From a virus (lineage: Duplodnaviria > Caudoviricetes): a stretch of 64,000 bases of DNA. The notes under the pieces are model-generated. The model was not told where the DNA came from, did no database searches, and saw only the letters and a program-made list of their open reading frames with translations. Shown here one piece after another: positions 55,841 to 64,000 of the stretch. The translations under genes were made by a program, and so were the position numbers. The stretch spans positions 32,001 to 96,000 of IMG/VR virus record IMGVR_UViG_3300037492_000170; one strand, 5' to 3'. Position 1 is the stretch's first letter. Each line of letters starts with the position of its first letter.

Positions 55841-58684
55841 TTAATTTGTATAGCCGCCCTGTGGTGGTACTTCAGCAGAACCCCCCACTCTAACGTCCTG
55901 TGCCATGCCAGGTCCTGCTATCTTAATTCCTGCAATAGCTGCTGCCACTCCTGCTAAAGCCGATGCAATACTAGTTCCACCAGTACTAATACTTGCTGCC
56001 ACTGTGTTGCTAACATCAGTTATAACACCACTAGAAGCCTCAGCATCAGACATCCCTGTTTTACCCCCAGCAGCGACCACGGACTCCATTGCTCCTTCCA
56101 TCCCTTCTGGATACAAATCAACACCTGAAGCAAGACCTTCTTTATCGAACCAACTCCCTACATAATCTCTATTTAATTTTATGCCTCTTTTAAGTTCACC
56201 CCCCCAATAATCACCAGCAACATTATCATCTTTACGATTGGGATCTGAGAGACTATTCCAATACTTCAAGTCTGCTTCATTCTTTAAAACCTGCTGCGCC
56301 TTTGTTTGTGTTGAATCTGGAGCATACCTAGATAAAAAGTTTGAAAGGAATGAGTTTGAGGCAGCAAATTGAGCAACGTCTCTAGAAAAGTTAGCAGTAG
56401 CACGTTGATAAACTGTAGAAGCATCTAATAACTTATCAGCACCAGTAACGGTATCTCCTTGACCATGAAAAGCCTCCTTAGCTTCTGCTGAAACTTGTTT
56501 TACTTGTTCCCTAATAAGAGGATTGTTCATAGAATCCATTACTCCCAACACTTCCAGACTCTTCACTCCGCGCCTAGCTTCTCCTTTACCAAATATATCA
56601 TCCGCACGAGAGGAACTCTCTCCTACTAAATTCCATAATTTAGATGGGTCTTCTGCATATAACGCTGGGGTCATCTGCTCAATAGACTGCCCACCAAACT
56701 CAGGCAATGGTTTTGTAATCACCCTTCTATTATGTGTTTGCACCCCAGACTTACTAACATAAGCAGGTGTAAACGCCTTCGCTCCCCTAACAAAGAAATC
56801 CCTTGGTTGTTTACTCATCCATTTTAGTTGCTGAGGGGTAAGCTTATATGGGTCCTCTGGCAAGTACCTAGATTCAAGAACTTTTCCACGCGTAGCACCC
56901 ATCGCTACTATTCTATTAATATCCTCCATATTTTTTCCGGTTAAATGTCTAAGTTGTCTACCTTGAGTATTGGCTTTCATGCCCATTGCTCTGGCTGAAA
57001 AAGCCATTCCAATTTCTTGTTCAATCGGTCTCCCTGTATTTAAAAGGGACTGAAATGTATACCTACCACTAGCTATCAAATCCCTAAACCATCCAGAAGA
57101 GAACGTTTCCCCTGCCCTGACCATATTCTGAAACTTAGTAAATCCAGCAGCCGGGTCTTTTGCCATAATATCTTTAAACTGAGGATGTTTTGTTAACAAC
57201 TCAAACACAGTAGGCATCTCTAGTTGCGCCTGTTGAGGAGTCATTTTTCCTAATCTAGCACCAACTATCGCATTCTCAGTTAACTTATCCATCTGCCCCG
57301 GTGCCATATTCTTAGTACCACCCAAACCCATAAACTCCGCCCGCATACTAGCAAAGTCTCCAGAACCTATCCCCTTTAAACCACCATACTTTGCCGATAT
57401 GTCTGTACCAGTCATAAAAGCAGCTTCAACTTGTTCCTTAGTAGCACCAGCAGCATACATATTAACTGCCGATTCTGTAAACTCTCCTCTATGTCTTTGA
57501 GTTACAACATCGCTAAGTACATTTCCAATGCCCCTAACTGCAGCATAACCAGGAACATATACCATAGCAGAACCCATGCCTCCGCCCATAGTATTAATAC
57601 CCTGTCTAATCAATCCACCGGTTGCGCTAGCCACTCCTCCAATACGTTCTCTTATATTACCACCAGCACCACTAAACATATGAGAAGGACCCGCATCCCA
57701 GGGCATCCCCCATTCACCTAATCCAGTACCTGTAGGACCACCATAATAACGTCCACGTTGTCTAGCATTGTTCTGTCTGGTCCACTCCGCTCTCCTTATC
57801 TCCGCTTCGTTATACTGACTAGACCTACCACCCACATAACCTGGTGCTTGCCAATTAACATAGGCTTGTCTTCCAGCCGCCGTAGTTAGATCAAATTTTG
57901 GGGCAGCTCCCGAAACATGAGCGCCCAAATCCGCAGCAAACTGCCTCATTCTAGGTGTCGGTCCTACACGGTCTGCCCCCCATCTTCCATCTGTCGTTTC
58001 AAGAGAACCGGCTGGTCTACCTAGACCACCAGCATCCCTTTTCAAAGCTGCGTTGCGTGCTTTTTCTTTTGCTGCGGATAAACTCGCTACATCAGCATCG
58101 GCTTGCATTGCGGCATCAACTGCTCTTCGGGCTAGTGTAACTTTCTGCACATCTAATGCAAGTTGTTTTTGACCTTTATGCATGGTAGCATATTTTTTCT
58201 GCTGTGCTGTATTCATCGAGGCGACAAGCTGCGCTTCAGTTAATGCACCTTGAAGTGCTGCCTGTAATGCAACAGCTTCCTGTTTACCAGCTTTTGTGGT
58301 CTTAGCAACACTCATAACGGCAGCTTTGCTTTGTGCCGCTGCAAGTTCTGGAGCGTAAAGTGATGAGGGTGTTAAGTTTTTAGCAGAACCACCCGCCACA
58401 TTGGCAAACATATTTCGAACATTATCAATTACTCTCTTGGCTTCAGTCTCAAAAGCCTTCAAACTATCAGTGCTTATTTTAGGCTCAATAAGAATATCAC
58501 TAGCTGCTTTCTTTAAATCAGCAAACTGTTTGCGCAGCGGAGCAGTCAAATCCTTAGACATGGATTTGCCGACAGTTTGCTCAAGTTTGGCACCTAATTG
58601 ATTAAACTCAGTAGCTATCTTATTTATTTCAGCTTCTAAGTTTCCAACTAGTGAAACACCTATGGTTACATTGGTATCAGGCAC
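55841..58684 (-). CDS. tape measure protein
   Basis: Long Ala/Gly-rich helical protein between chaperone and baseplate genes. Confidence 0.8.
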   Translation of the reverse strand: MPDTNVTIGVSLVGNLEAEINKIATEFNQLGAKLEQTVGKSMSKDLTAPLRKQFADLKKAASDILIEPKISTDSLKAFETEAKRVIDNVRNMFANVAGGSAKNLTPSSLYAPELAAAQSKAAVMSVAKTTKAGKQEAVALQAALQGALTEAQLVASMNTAQQKKYATMHKGQKQLALDVQKVTLARRAVDAAMQADADVASLSAAKEKARNAALKRDAGGLGRPAGSLETTDGRWGADRVGPTPRMRQFAADLGAHVSGAAPKFDLTTAAGRQAYVNWQAPGYVGGRSSQYNEAEIRRAEWTRQNNARQRGRYYGGPTGTGLGEWGMPWDAGPSHMFSGAGGNIRERIGGVASATGGLIRQGINTMGGGMGSAMVYVPGYAAVRGIGNVLSDVVTQRHRGEFTESAVNMYAAGATKEQVEAAFMTGTDISAKYGGLKGIGSGDFASMRAEFMGLGGTKNMAPGQMDKLTENAIVGARLGKMTPQQAQLEMPTVFELLTKHPQFKDIMAKDPAAGFTKFQNMVRAGETFSSGWFRDLIASGRYTFQSLLNTGRPIEQEIGMAFSARAMGMKANTQGRQLRHLTGKNMEDINRIVAMGATRGKVLESRYLPEDPYKLTPQQLKWMSKQPRDFFVRGAKAFTPAYVSKSGVQTHNRRVITKPLPEFGGQSIEQMTPALYAEDPSKLWNLVGESSSRADDIFGKGEARRGVKSLEVLGVMDSMNNPLIREQVKQVSAEAKEAFHGQGDTVTGADKLLDASTVYQRATANFSRDVAQFAASNSFLSNFLSRYAPDSTQTKAQQVLKNEADLKYWNSLSDPNRKDDNVAGDYWGGELKRGIKLNRDYVGSWFDKEGLASGVDLYPEGMEGAMESVVAAGGKTGMSDAEASSGVITDVSNTVAASISTGGTSIASALAGVAAAIAGIKIAGPGMAQDVRVGGSAEVPPQGGYTN

Positions 58685-58943
58685 TTTTCCTCTTCTTTTT
58701 AGCCTCTTTTTTCTCGAACTCTATCTGAGCTAGGTACTGTTTCCATGTATCTTTTCTTACTGAGCTGGGCCAGGACATAATATCATTCTTGCTTTCTTTC
58801 ATGTGCCACTCAAGATTAAACACATCTTGATTGAATCCTTTAAGTGTTTCATAAACAAGTGGGCACCATATTGAAGCATCTCTATAACCCCATTGTACAA
58901 ACTCACCAGCCACCTGGCGAGCTAGCCCGTTGGAAATAAAAAA
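58677..58943 (-). CDS. tail assembly chaperone C-terminal part (probable -1 frameshift extension)
   Basis: In the -1 frame relative to the upstream gene at T TTT TTA; IMSWPSSVR motif. Confidence 0.55.
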   Translation of the reverse strand, partial: FFISNGLARQVAGEFVQWGYRDASIWCPLVYETLKGFNQDVFNLEWHMKESKNDIMSWPSSVRKDTWKQYLAQIEFEKKEAKKKRKSA

Positions 58944-59629
58944 TCCGGGTGTGTAAGCACATTCACCAACGCGGGAGAACTGCACTTAGGGCACACCAAC
59001 TTAGCCACAGAATCATAACCACATACTAATTTACTTCTAGCCTTTCTTATTGCTCTATGATCAGCAGAAGGGAATTTAACAACATCTTCATATGAAAAAT
59101 CATTAGAGCCATCAATAGACCTAATACTCTGAAACTCACTCTGATTAGAGTCCACGCCGGTATCCAGTTGAGATAAAACAATAGCTTCTTTGTGTCCGGT
59201 AAGTAGACCAAATACAATTTTCTTCTTAGTCTTTGGAAGTGTAATCTCAACCTCCGGGTCCGCTTTATTCTCTACATCTGGATATGTAAACTTCATAGAT
59301 TTAAGTGGAAACTCGTGTGGGGAAACTTCTCCACATACGTAACACATATTGTTGAACTCAAATACTTCACCATAATTAATCTTGTAGCCCTCTATTAACA
59401 AATGGTCCTGATCTGGAACATATAAATCTAATATGTGATCGGTGGTAACTTTCCTCAAACTACCGATTGATTGAACAAGAACTGCTAGGTAATCCACTAT
59501 CAGTTCATACATTTTTTTATTTCTTTTGAGAAGCAGTCTATCAGCGTATCCATCAGTTTCCTGAATAACGACATCTTTTCCGTTTAACGGGAGTGTAACT
59601 GTTTTCTTCTCAAGTACATAATCAGACAT
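58922..59629 (-). CDS. tail/baseplate hub assembly chaperone (T4 gp26-like)
   Basis: VTLP, YGEVFEF...CxxC, ITLPKT and CPKC motifs; between tube and tape measure genes. Confidence 0.75.
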   Translation of the reverse strand: MSDYVLEKKTVTLPLNGKDVVIQETDGYADRLLLKRNKKMYELIVDYLAVLVQSIGSLRKVTTDHILDLYVPDQDHLLIEGYKINYGEVFEFNNMCYVCGEVSPHEFPLKSMKFTYPDVENKADPEVEITLPKTKKKIVFGLLTGHKEAIVLSQLDTGVDSNQSEFQSIRSIDGSNDFSYEDVVKFPSADHRAIRKARSKLVCGYDSVAKLVCPKCSSPALVNVLTHPDFLFPTG

Positions 59630-59647
59630 AAAGCCTCCCTAGTAAAA

Positions 59648-60130
59648 CTAAGATATAATTCGCATAGTCCTTGATTCATATGCGATTTCTAACTCTTCAA
59701 TAACATTAGCAGCTTCACCCAAAGAATGCCTATCCCCTAATGTAAAGCTAACAGGAAAACCACGTTTATACTCCCACACTCTGGAGGGGTCGCCGCGCGG
59801 ATCTAACTCATATAAAGTAAAATTCTTTGTATAGACAGATGGGACGTTACCATTACCAGTAACCGGGTCTTGACACAGATTCATCCAATCTTCGAAATAA
59901 ACCCTTCCAGGTCCATCCAAAGGAGCCACTATACCAAGAGTACAGTTACCATAAGTGAGCATCCCTACTTCTTTAGCCGGGTGGTTTTGCCCAGCCCCTG
60001 CGTGCTGGGTAACACTATTTGTACGAACCCCAGGATTAAAGTGCTGCACTAAAGCAGCCGGAAGTCCATTAATCTCTAATCTAAACTTAAATTGCTTCAA
60101 CACACTAATTGCTGCAGCTTCTACGGGCAT
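59648..60130 (-). CDS. tail tube protein (T4 gp19-like)
   Basis: FKFRLEING, YFEDW, W.YKRGFP and IEELEIAYE motifs. Confidence 0.9.
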   Translation of the reverse strand: MPVEAAAISVLKQFKFRLEINGLPAALVQHFNPGVRTNSVTQHAGAGQNHPAKEVGMLTYGNCTLGIVAPLDGPGRVYFEDWMNLCQDPVTGNGNVPSVYTKNFTLYELDPRGDPSRVWEYKRGFPVSFTLGDRHSLGEAANVIEELEIAYESRTMRIIS

Positions 60131-60235
60131 TTTCTAGTTCCTCCTATCAATTTTTGTGCACACAAAAATGAACATGGCGAACATGTTAGATGCTCGCCAG
60201 ATTCTGTCAAGGGGATGTCAGGAGATATGTTACTT

Positions 60236-61273
60236 TTAACTAATCCTATTCTTCAACTCCTCTACCCGTAGACAACCGCAAGATTTGGAAGAGCCCCTCT
60301 TCAGGTTGTTTAAAAGAACCTCGGTAACCTTACCACAATCGCACTTACATAACGCATATGTGAGATACTGTTTTCCGTTAGATTTTCTGCATGTATTTAC
60401 TACGGTTAATCTACCAAACCTAATTCCTGAAAGGTCTTTCAACTTAGAACCTTGAGGGATATTATACTTAGTACCTGGTTTAGTTCCGGGCGTGTGCGCG
60501 TTAGGGTCCAATATCTTCTCGGGTGGGTCCCCCCGTTCATACCTGTTCTTTAATAACTGATACGAAACTCCAAGCTTCTCTGCCCACTCTCCTATAGTCC
60601 GTGACTCGCCGCCATATGTAAGAATGGTATTTTTAATATCCCTAGTCTTGTTGTCAAGTGTGTTCTTAGATAGAACCTTATCTACAGAAAACTTCGACCT
60701 TGACCTTATTCGTTTATGAATAGTAGTGGCTGGAATATCAAGTTGCTTTGCCCAATCCTCTACAACACGAGTCTCTCCTTTATATGTCAACTTACGATTC
60801 GTACGTTTGTTCCTTGCCTGTTCTCTTAGGCTTTCGTACCTACAGTTCTCTGGAGAATACCCCAAATCATTATCTTTCCTACCTAATGTCTTTCCATCTG
60901 GGCATATTCCCATATCTTCAAAGAAGTTAGCGAAGCCGTCTTCCCCATCCCACCTATCACAAAAGGTTATCCCTCTCCCTCCATAATTTTTATACTCTTT
61001 TCTGTTAGGATTTCTGCATCTAGCACGCGCCCCTTCCCATATCGTATATTCCTTCTGGTATATACTGTCTTTTGCCGCCCCGCCGTGTTTCACATTAGCG
61101 CTGCACCCACAAGAGGTGGATTTACCAGTTCGTACTGAATAAGAATCGACGAGTCTCTCTGTTCCACACTCACATACACACTTGTAAAAATAACGTGTAG
61201 ATGTCCCCATAACCTTCTTAATGACACCAGTCACTTTCCATTTCCCAAATTTTGTTCCGGCTTTATTTTCCAT
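60236..61273 (-). CDS. HNH homing endonuclease 5 between sheath and tube genes
   Basis: YGGRGITFCDRW, RKDNDLGYSPENCR; the CxCDCG/SCGC module occurs at both termini. Confidence 0.88.
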   Translation of the reverse strand: MENKAGTKFGKWKVTGVIKKVMGTSTRYFYKCVCECGTERLVDSYSVRTGKSTSCGCSANVKHGGAAKDSIYQKEYTIWEGARARCRNPNRKEYKNYGGRGITFCDRWDGEDGFANFFEDMGICPDGKTLGRKDNDLGYSPENCRYESLREQARNKRTNRKLTYKGETRVVEDWAKQLDIPATTIHKRIRSRSKFSVDKVLSKNTLDNKTRDIKNTILTYGGESRTIGEWAEKLGVSYQLLKNRYERGDPPEKILDPNAHTPGTKPGTKYNIPQGSKLKDLSGIRFGRLTVVNTCRKSNGKQYLTYALCKCDCGKVTEVLLNNLKRGSSKSCGCLRVEELKNRIS

Positions 61274-61278
61274 AAAAA

Positions 61279-61332
61279 AACCTCCTTACATTTTCATAAG
61301 GAGGTTATACCATAAAAAAGATGAAATGTCAA
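61279..61332 (-). promoter_or_regulatory. sigma70-type promoter plus RBS-sequestering hairpin for HNH 5
   Basis: TTGACA-17nt-TATAAC; AACCTCCTTA/TAAGGAGGTT inverted repeat covering the RBS. Confidence 0.75.
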
Positions 61333-61433
61333 GTTTTACTCTGGAACGCCGTTTGAGTTTTTCCTCAATAGTATGTTTTTTTGTTCCAGACTGAGAAATA
61401 AGCTACTTTAAGTATTTTACCTAAGTAGTTGAA

Positions 61434-64000
61434 TTATCTTCGAATCCAACCCGGCAGTTCCTTTAACTCTGTGTAGGTCTCGAAAGCCTCACCCGTTCTA
61501 AGTACACCTAACTCAAACTCTAGGTAGTAGATAGTTCTGGTAGGCTGTATAAGTGCCCTACAATGGTAAATTCCTCTATCAATATCAAGTCCTGAGTTGA
61601 TAACGGCATTCTTAAGTACTCCACCATCAAACCAGGCATCACGGTCGGTCTGCAACGCGTAGTCATAGATATCATACTTATTCTTCCAATCATCAAAAGC
61701 AGGTTCAAGAGTTCTATGAATCTCTCTCCAGGTTACAGGATGGTTAGGCTCAAACAAGAAGGTTCTCAGTATCGGCATAAGCATCCTGTTCATAACCGTA
61801 ATAAACCTAACAACATTAAGTTCTCTCAATGCGGAAGGTGCTCTCTGTGTAGTTCTCTGCTCCCAGAACATCGCGCCCTCGATACCTACGTATCTAGATA
61901 TCATCAGGTAATTGATGCCGTTCTCTGCAAACAAATCAGAGTAACCTGTAGTCCTGTTAGTTTGGATATCAAAATCCAAATCCTCAACAAGTGTTACCAC
62001 ACCTCGTCTGGGTCCAACAGGAGCGTGACTTGAACCGTAATCATTATCAGTCCTACATAAACAAGATGCTAGATGCCCAAGGTTGGAAACCCACTTCCTA
62101 GTATCATCCAAATCATCATAAACCAACGGGCGACCGTACCACAAAGAGAACCTATGACTATTGAAAGCCGGATGGCTCCAAGGGGCTCCACCTAGTCTCC
62201 AGGTCACTGCTTCTTCAGGACGCAATCCGTAAGGCACCATCCCATACCCTAACATATCGGCTCTATCCTCACAGTATACAATCATCGCTTGATAGACCGT
62301 AGCAGAGGTAGTACCTGGAACCATAAGATCCATACTCATATGAGCAGTATCTGCAGCATAAATTCCGGTTTGTGAAGGAGAATCACCTATCCAATCGGAA
62401 TCATCAAAATCATCAAGCCCGTTAAACCCACCTGTGAGAGCAACACCCAGTGTCTCATCAGAAAGTTCTGGTCGATTAAGCCACCCAACTTCTGTATAAA
62501 AATCATTTGAAGAACTTTCATCAGTCACTATTACAAGTGTAGACCTTTCATTAATGTAGTTAACAAAATATCTCTGAGATGTTGGGTCCATGCTAAGTGT
62601 TGGGAACCACTCTTGCATGGCACTTTGTCGAAGATAAGAAACCTTTACATCAAAACTACCTCTTGAATCAAGCGCAGAATCGTATATAAACACTCTAAGG
62701 TCATCGCCCCAATCTCCTGGGTCTTTTGATGTGAATGTTGCAGTGTCTTCCTGTACCCCTTCATACCCGAGAACTTCTGTAGTTATAAACCCTAATTTTA
62801 TAGCTGAGGATGACTCAGATTTAATTTGTACAGAAGAGTCATCACCAGAAGCTACAGTTCTAAAAGCTAGTTTACCATCTACGGACAGCACAGTAGCCCC
62901 TTCTAATCCTGCCTCGTTTATTTGAGTAACTAACTGAGCAGAGGTCAATCTAAAAGAAGAGCCCGGTGATGTAGAGGGGCTTCTTTCATAAACACCTTCT
63001 ACAAATCCTAATACAGTATAACAATGAAGAGCTACTGTCATTATCTCTATATCATCTGCTACATTTGTAGCAAATACTCTAATCTTATCTGTACTTGTAG
63101 CCACGGCACTAACGTCATCAATAGCTGCAATTTCTTCCGCTATTTGTGTAGCAGTTCTTTGAATACCAGCAGTTAATGTTATAGTAGTGGGACTCCCCCA
63201 CTCTCCATTATGCCTGACCCTAATTTTAAACTTATCATTCTCAGTATCCGTCGCTTTAATAACAAACGGACCAGCAACAGTACCAGTTGTCCTACCAGAT
63301 ATAGTTGAATCATAAGCAAAGGAAAAATACTGATCTGCTCCACCATCTATGGATACAATTAGTTCATCTTCCCCAACGATATGCATATACTGTCCCATAG
63401 TGACACCAATAGTGCTATAAACATCATCAGCAACATCCGATATCTCTAAATCATCGTCAGGGTTATCAGTAAATATCTTTACATGCCCGTGTATAGCTTC
63501 CGCATTTATACCTGTTGCTGCTGCTATTTCAAGAGCAATCTGTGAAGCAGACCTCGTTGTACCTTCAGTTAATGTTATAGGTAAAGCACTTCCCCATGTT
63601 CCTTCATGTCTGAGTTTAGCCGAAAACTTTTTGTTGTCTGCTGTTATCTCAAACGGTCCTTCAACAGTACCAGTTACATGCCCACCAAAACTCTGAATAA
63701 ATGTGTAAGGACCAGTTCTTCCTTCAACATAAGCATGAGTTATAGCGTTACCTCTATCCGGGATAGTAACAGTAGCTGTAGTTGCAGTTAATGTGGAGGC
63801 ATCAGAAGTTACGTCATAATGCGCCGTACGTATAAGATTCAAACGCGCACCTTGTCGAAGTGCCATTTCACAAACCAACGGATCATTTGTATATGGAACT
63901 TTCAGCCCATATGTTCTACGATAGTCATCAAGTGATGTTACAGTCATTGGAGCACCAACAGGTCCGCGTTCTGCTTGAATAACCATAGTAACATAACCCA
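61434..64000 (-). CDS. contractile tail sheath protein (5' truncated)
   Basis: ERGP, PGDWG, LTGG, APVG..RG, LNVVR and LFEPN motifs; the frame is open to the window end. Confidence 0.93.
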   Translation of the reverse strand, partial: GYVTMVIQAERGPVGAPMTVTSLDDYRRTYGLKVPYTNDPLVCEMALRQGARLNLIRTAHYDVTSDASTLTATTATVTIPDRGNAITHAYVEGRTGPYTFIQSFGGHVTGTVEGPFEITADNKKFSAKLRHEGTWGSALPITLTEGTTRSASQIALEIAAATGINAEAIHGHVKIFTDNPDDDLEISDVADDVYSTIGVTMGQYMHIVGEDELIVSIDGGADQYFSFAYDSTISGRTTGTVAGPFVIKATDTENDKFKIRVRHNGEWGSPTTITLTAGIQRTATQIAEEIAAIDDVSAVATSTDKIRVFATNVADDIEIMTVALHCYTVLGFVEGVYERSPSTSPGSSFRLTSAQLVTQINEAGLEGATVLSVDGKLAFRTVASGDDSSVQIKSESSSAIKLGFITTEVLGYEGVQEDTATFTSKDPGDWGDDLRVFIYDSALDSRGSFDVKVSYLRQSAMQEWFPTLSMDPTSQRYFVNYINERSTLVIVTDESSSNDFYTEVGWLNRPELSDETLGVALTGGFNGLDDFDDSDWIGDSPSQTGIYAADTAHMSMDLMVPGTTSATVYQAMIVYCEDRADMLGYGMVPYGLRPEEAVTWRLGGAPWSHPAFNSHRFSLWYGRPLVYDDLDDTRKWVSNLGHLASCLCRTDNDYGSSHAPVGPRRGVVTLVEDLDFDIQTNRTTGYSDLFAENGINYLMISRYVGIEGAMFWEQRTTQRAPSALRELNVVRFITVMNRMLMPILRTFLFEPNHPVTWREIHRTLEPAFDDWKNKYDIYDYALQTDRDAWFDGGVLKNAVINSGLDIDRGIYHCRALIQPTRTIYYLEFELGVLRTGEAFETYTELKELPGWIRR

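Overview
This window is part of a large contractile-tailed (myovirus-like) phage genome with sigma70-type promoters and the standard genetic code. The + strand left end (1-5016) carries small early genes and a DPPY methyltransferase, then a near-consensus promoter ahead of an RNA operon: five copies of a Y RNA-like motif, eight tRNAs and a Ro60/Rsr (TROVE-vWA) gene. The rest is almost all on the - strand: portal, UDG-fused PolA, collagen-like protein, a lysis-like cluster, class II RNR, many receptor-binding/fiber genes mixed with glycosyl-, methyl- and acetyltransferases, and a tail/baseplate module ending in a truncated sheath gene. Three observations stand out. (1) The Y RNA-like elements share a scaffold but carry different tRNA-derived cargo: anticodon-like stem-loops, a circularly permuted tRNA and a whole cloverleaf. 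(2) A covarying, pseudoknotted ~90-nt RNA occurs five times, four of them directly upstream of HNH homing endonucleases. (3) Two paralogous Mtd-like fiber genes differ at their 3' ends in the adenine-specific pattern of a diversity-generating retroelement, whose RT and template repeat are not in this window. All calls come from reading motifs by eye; no database searches were run.
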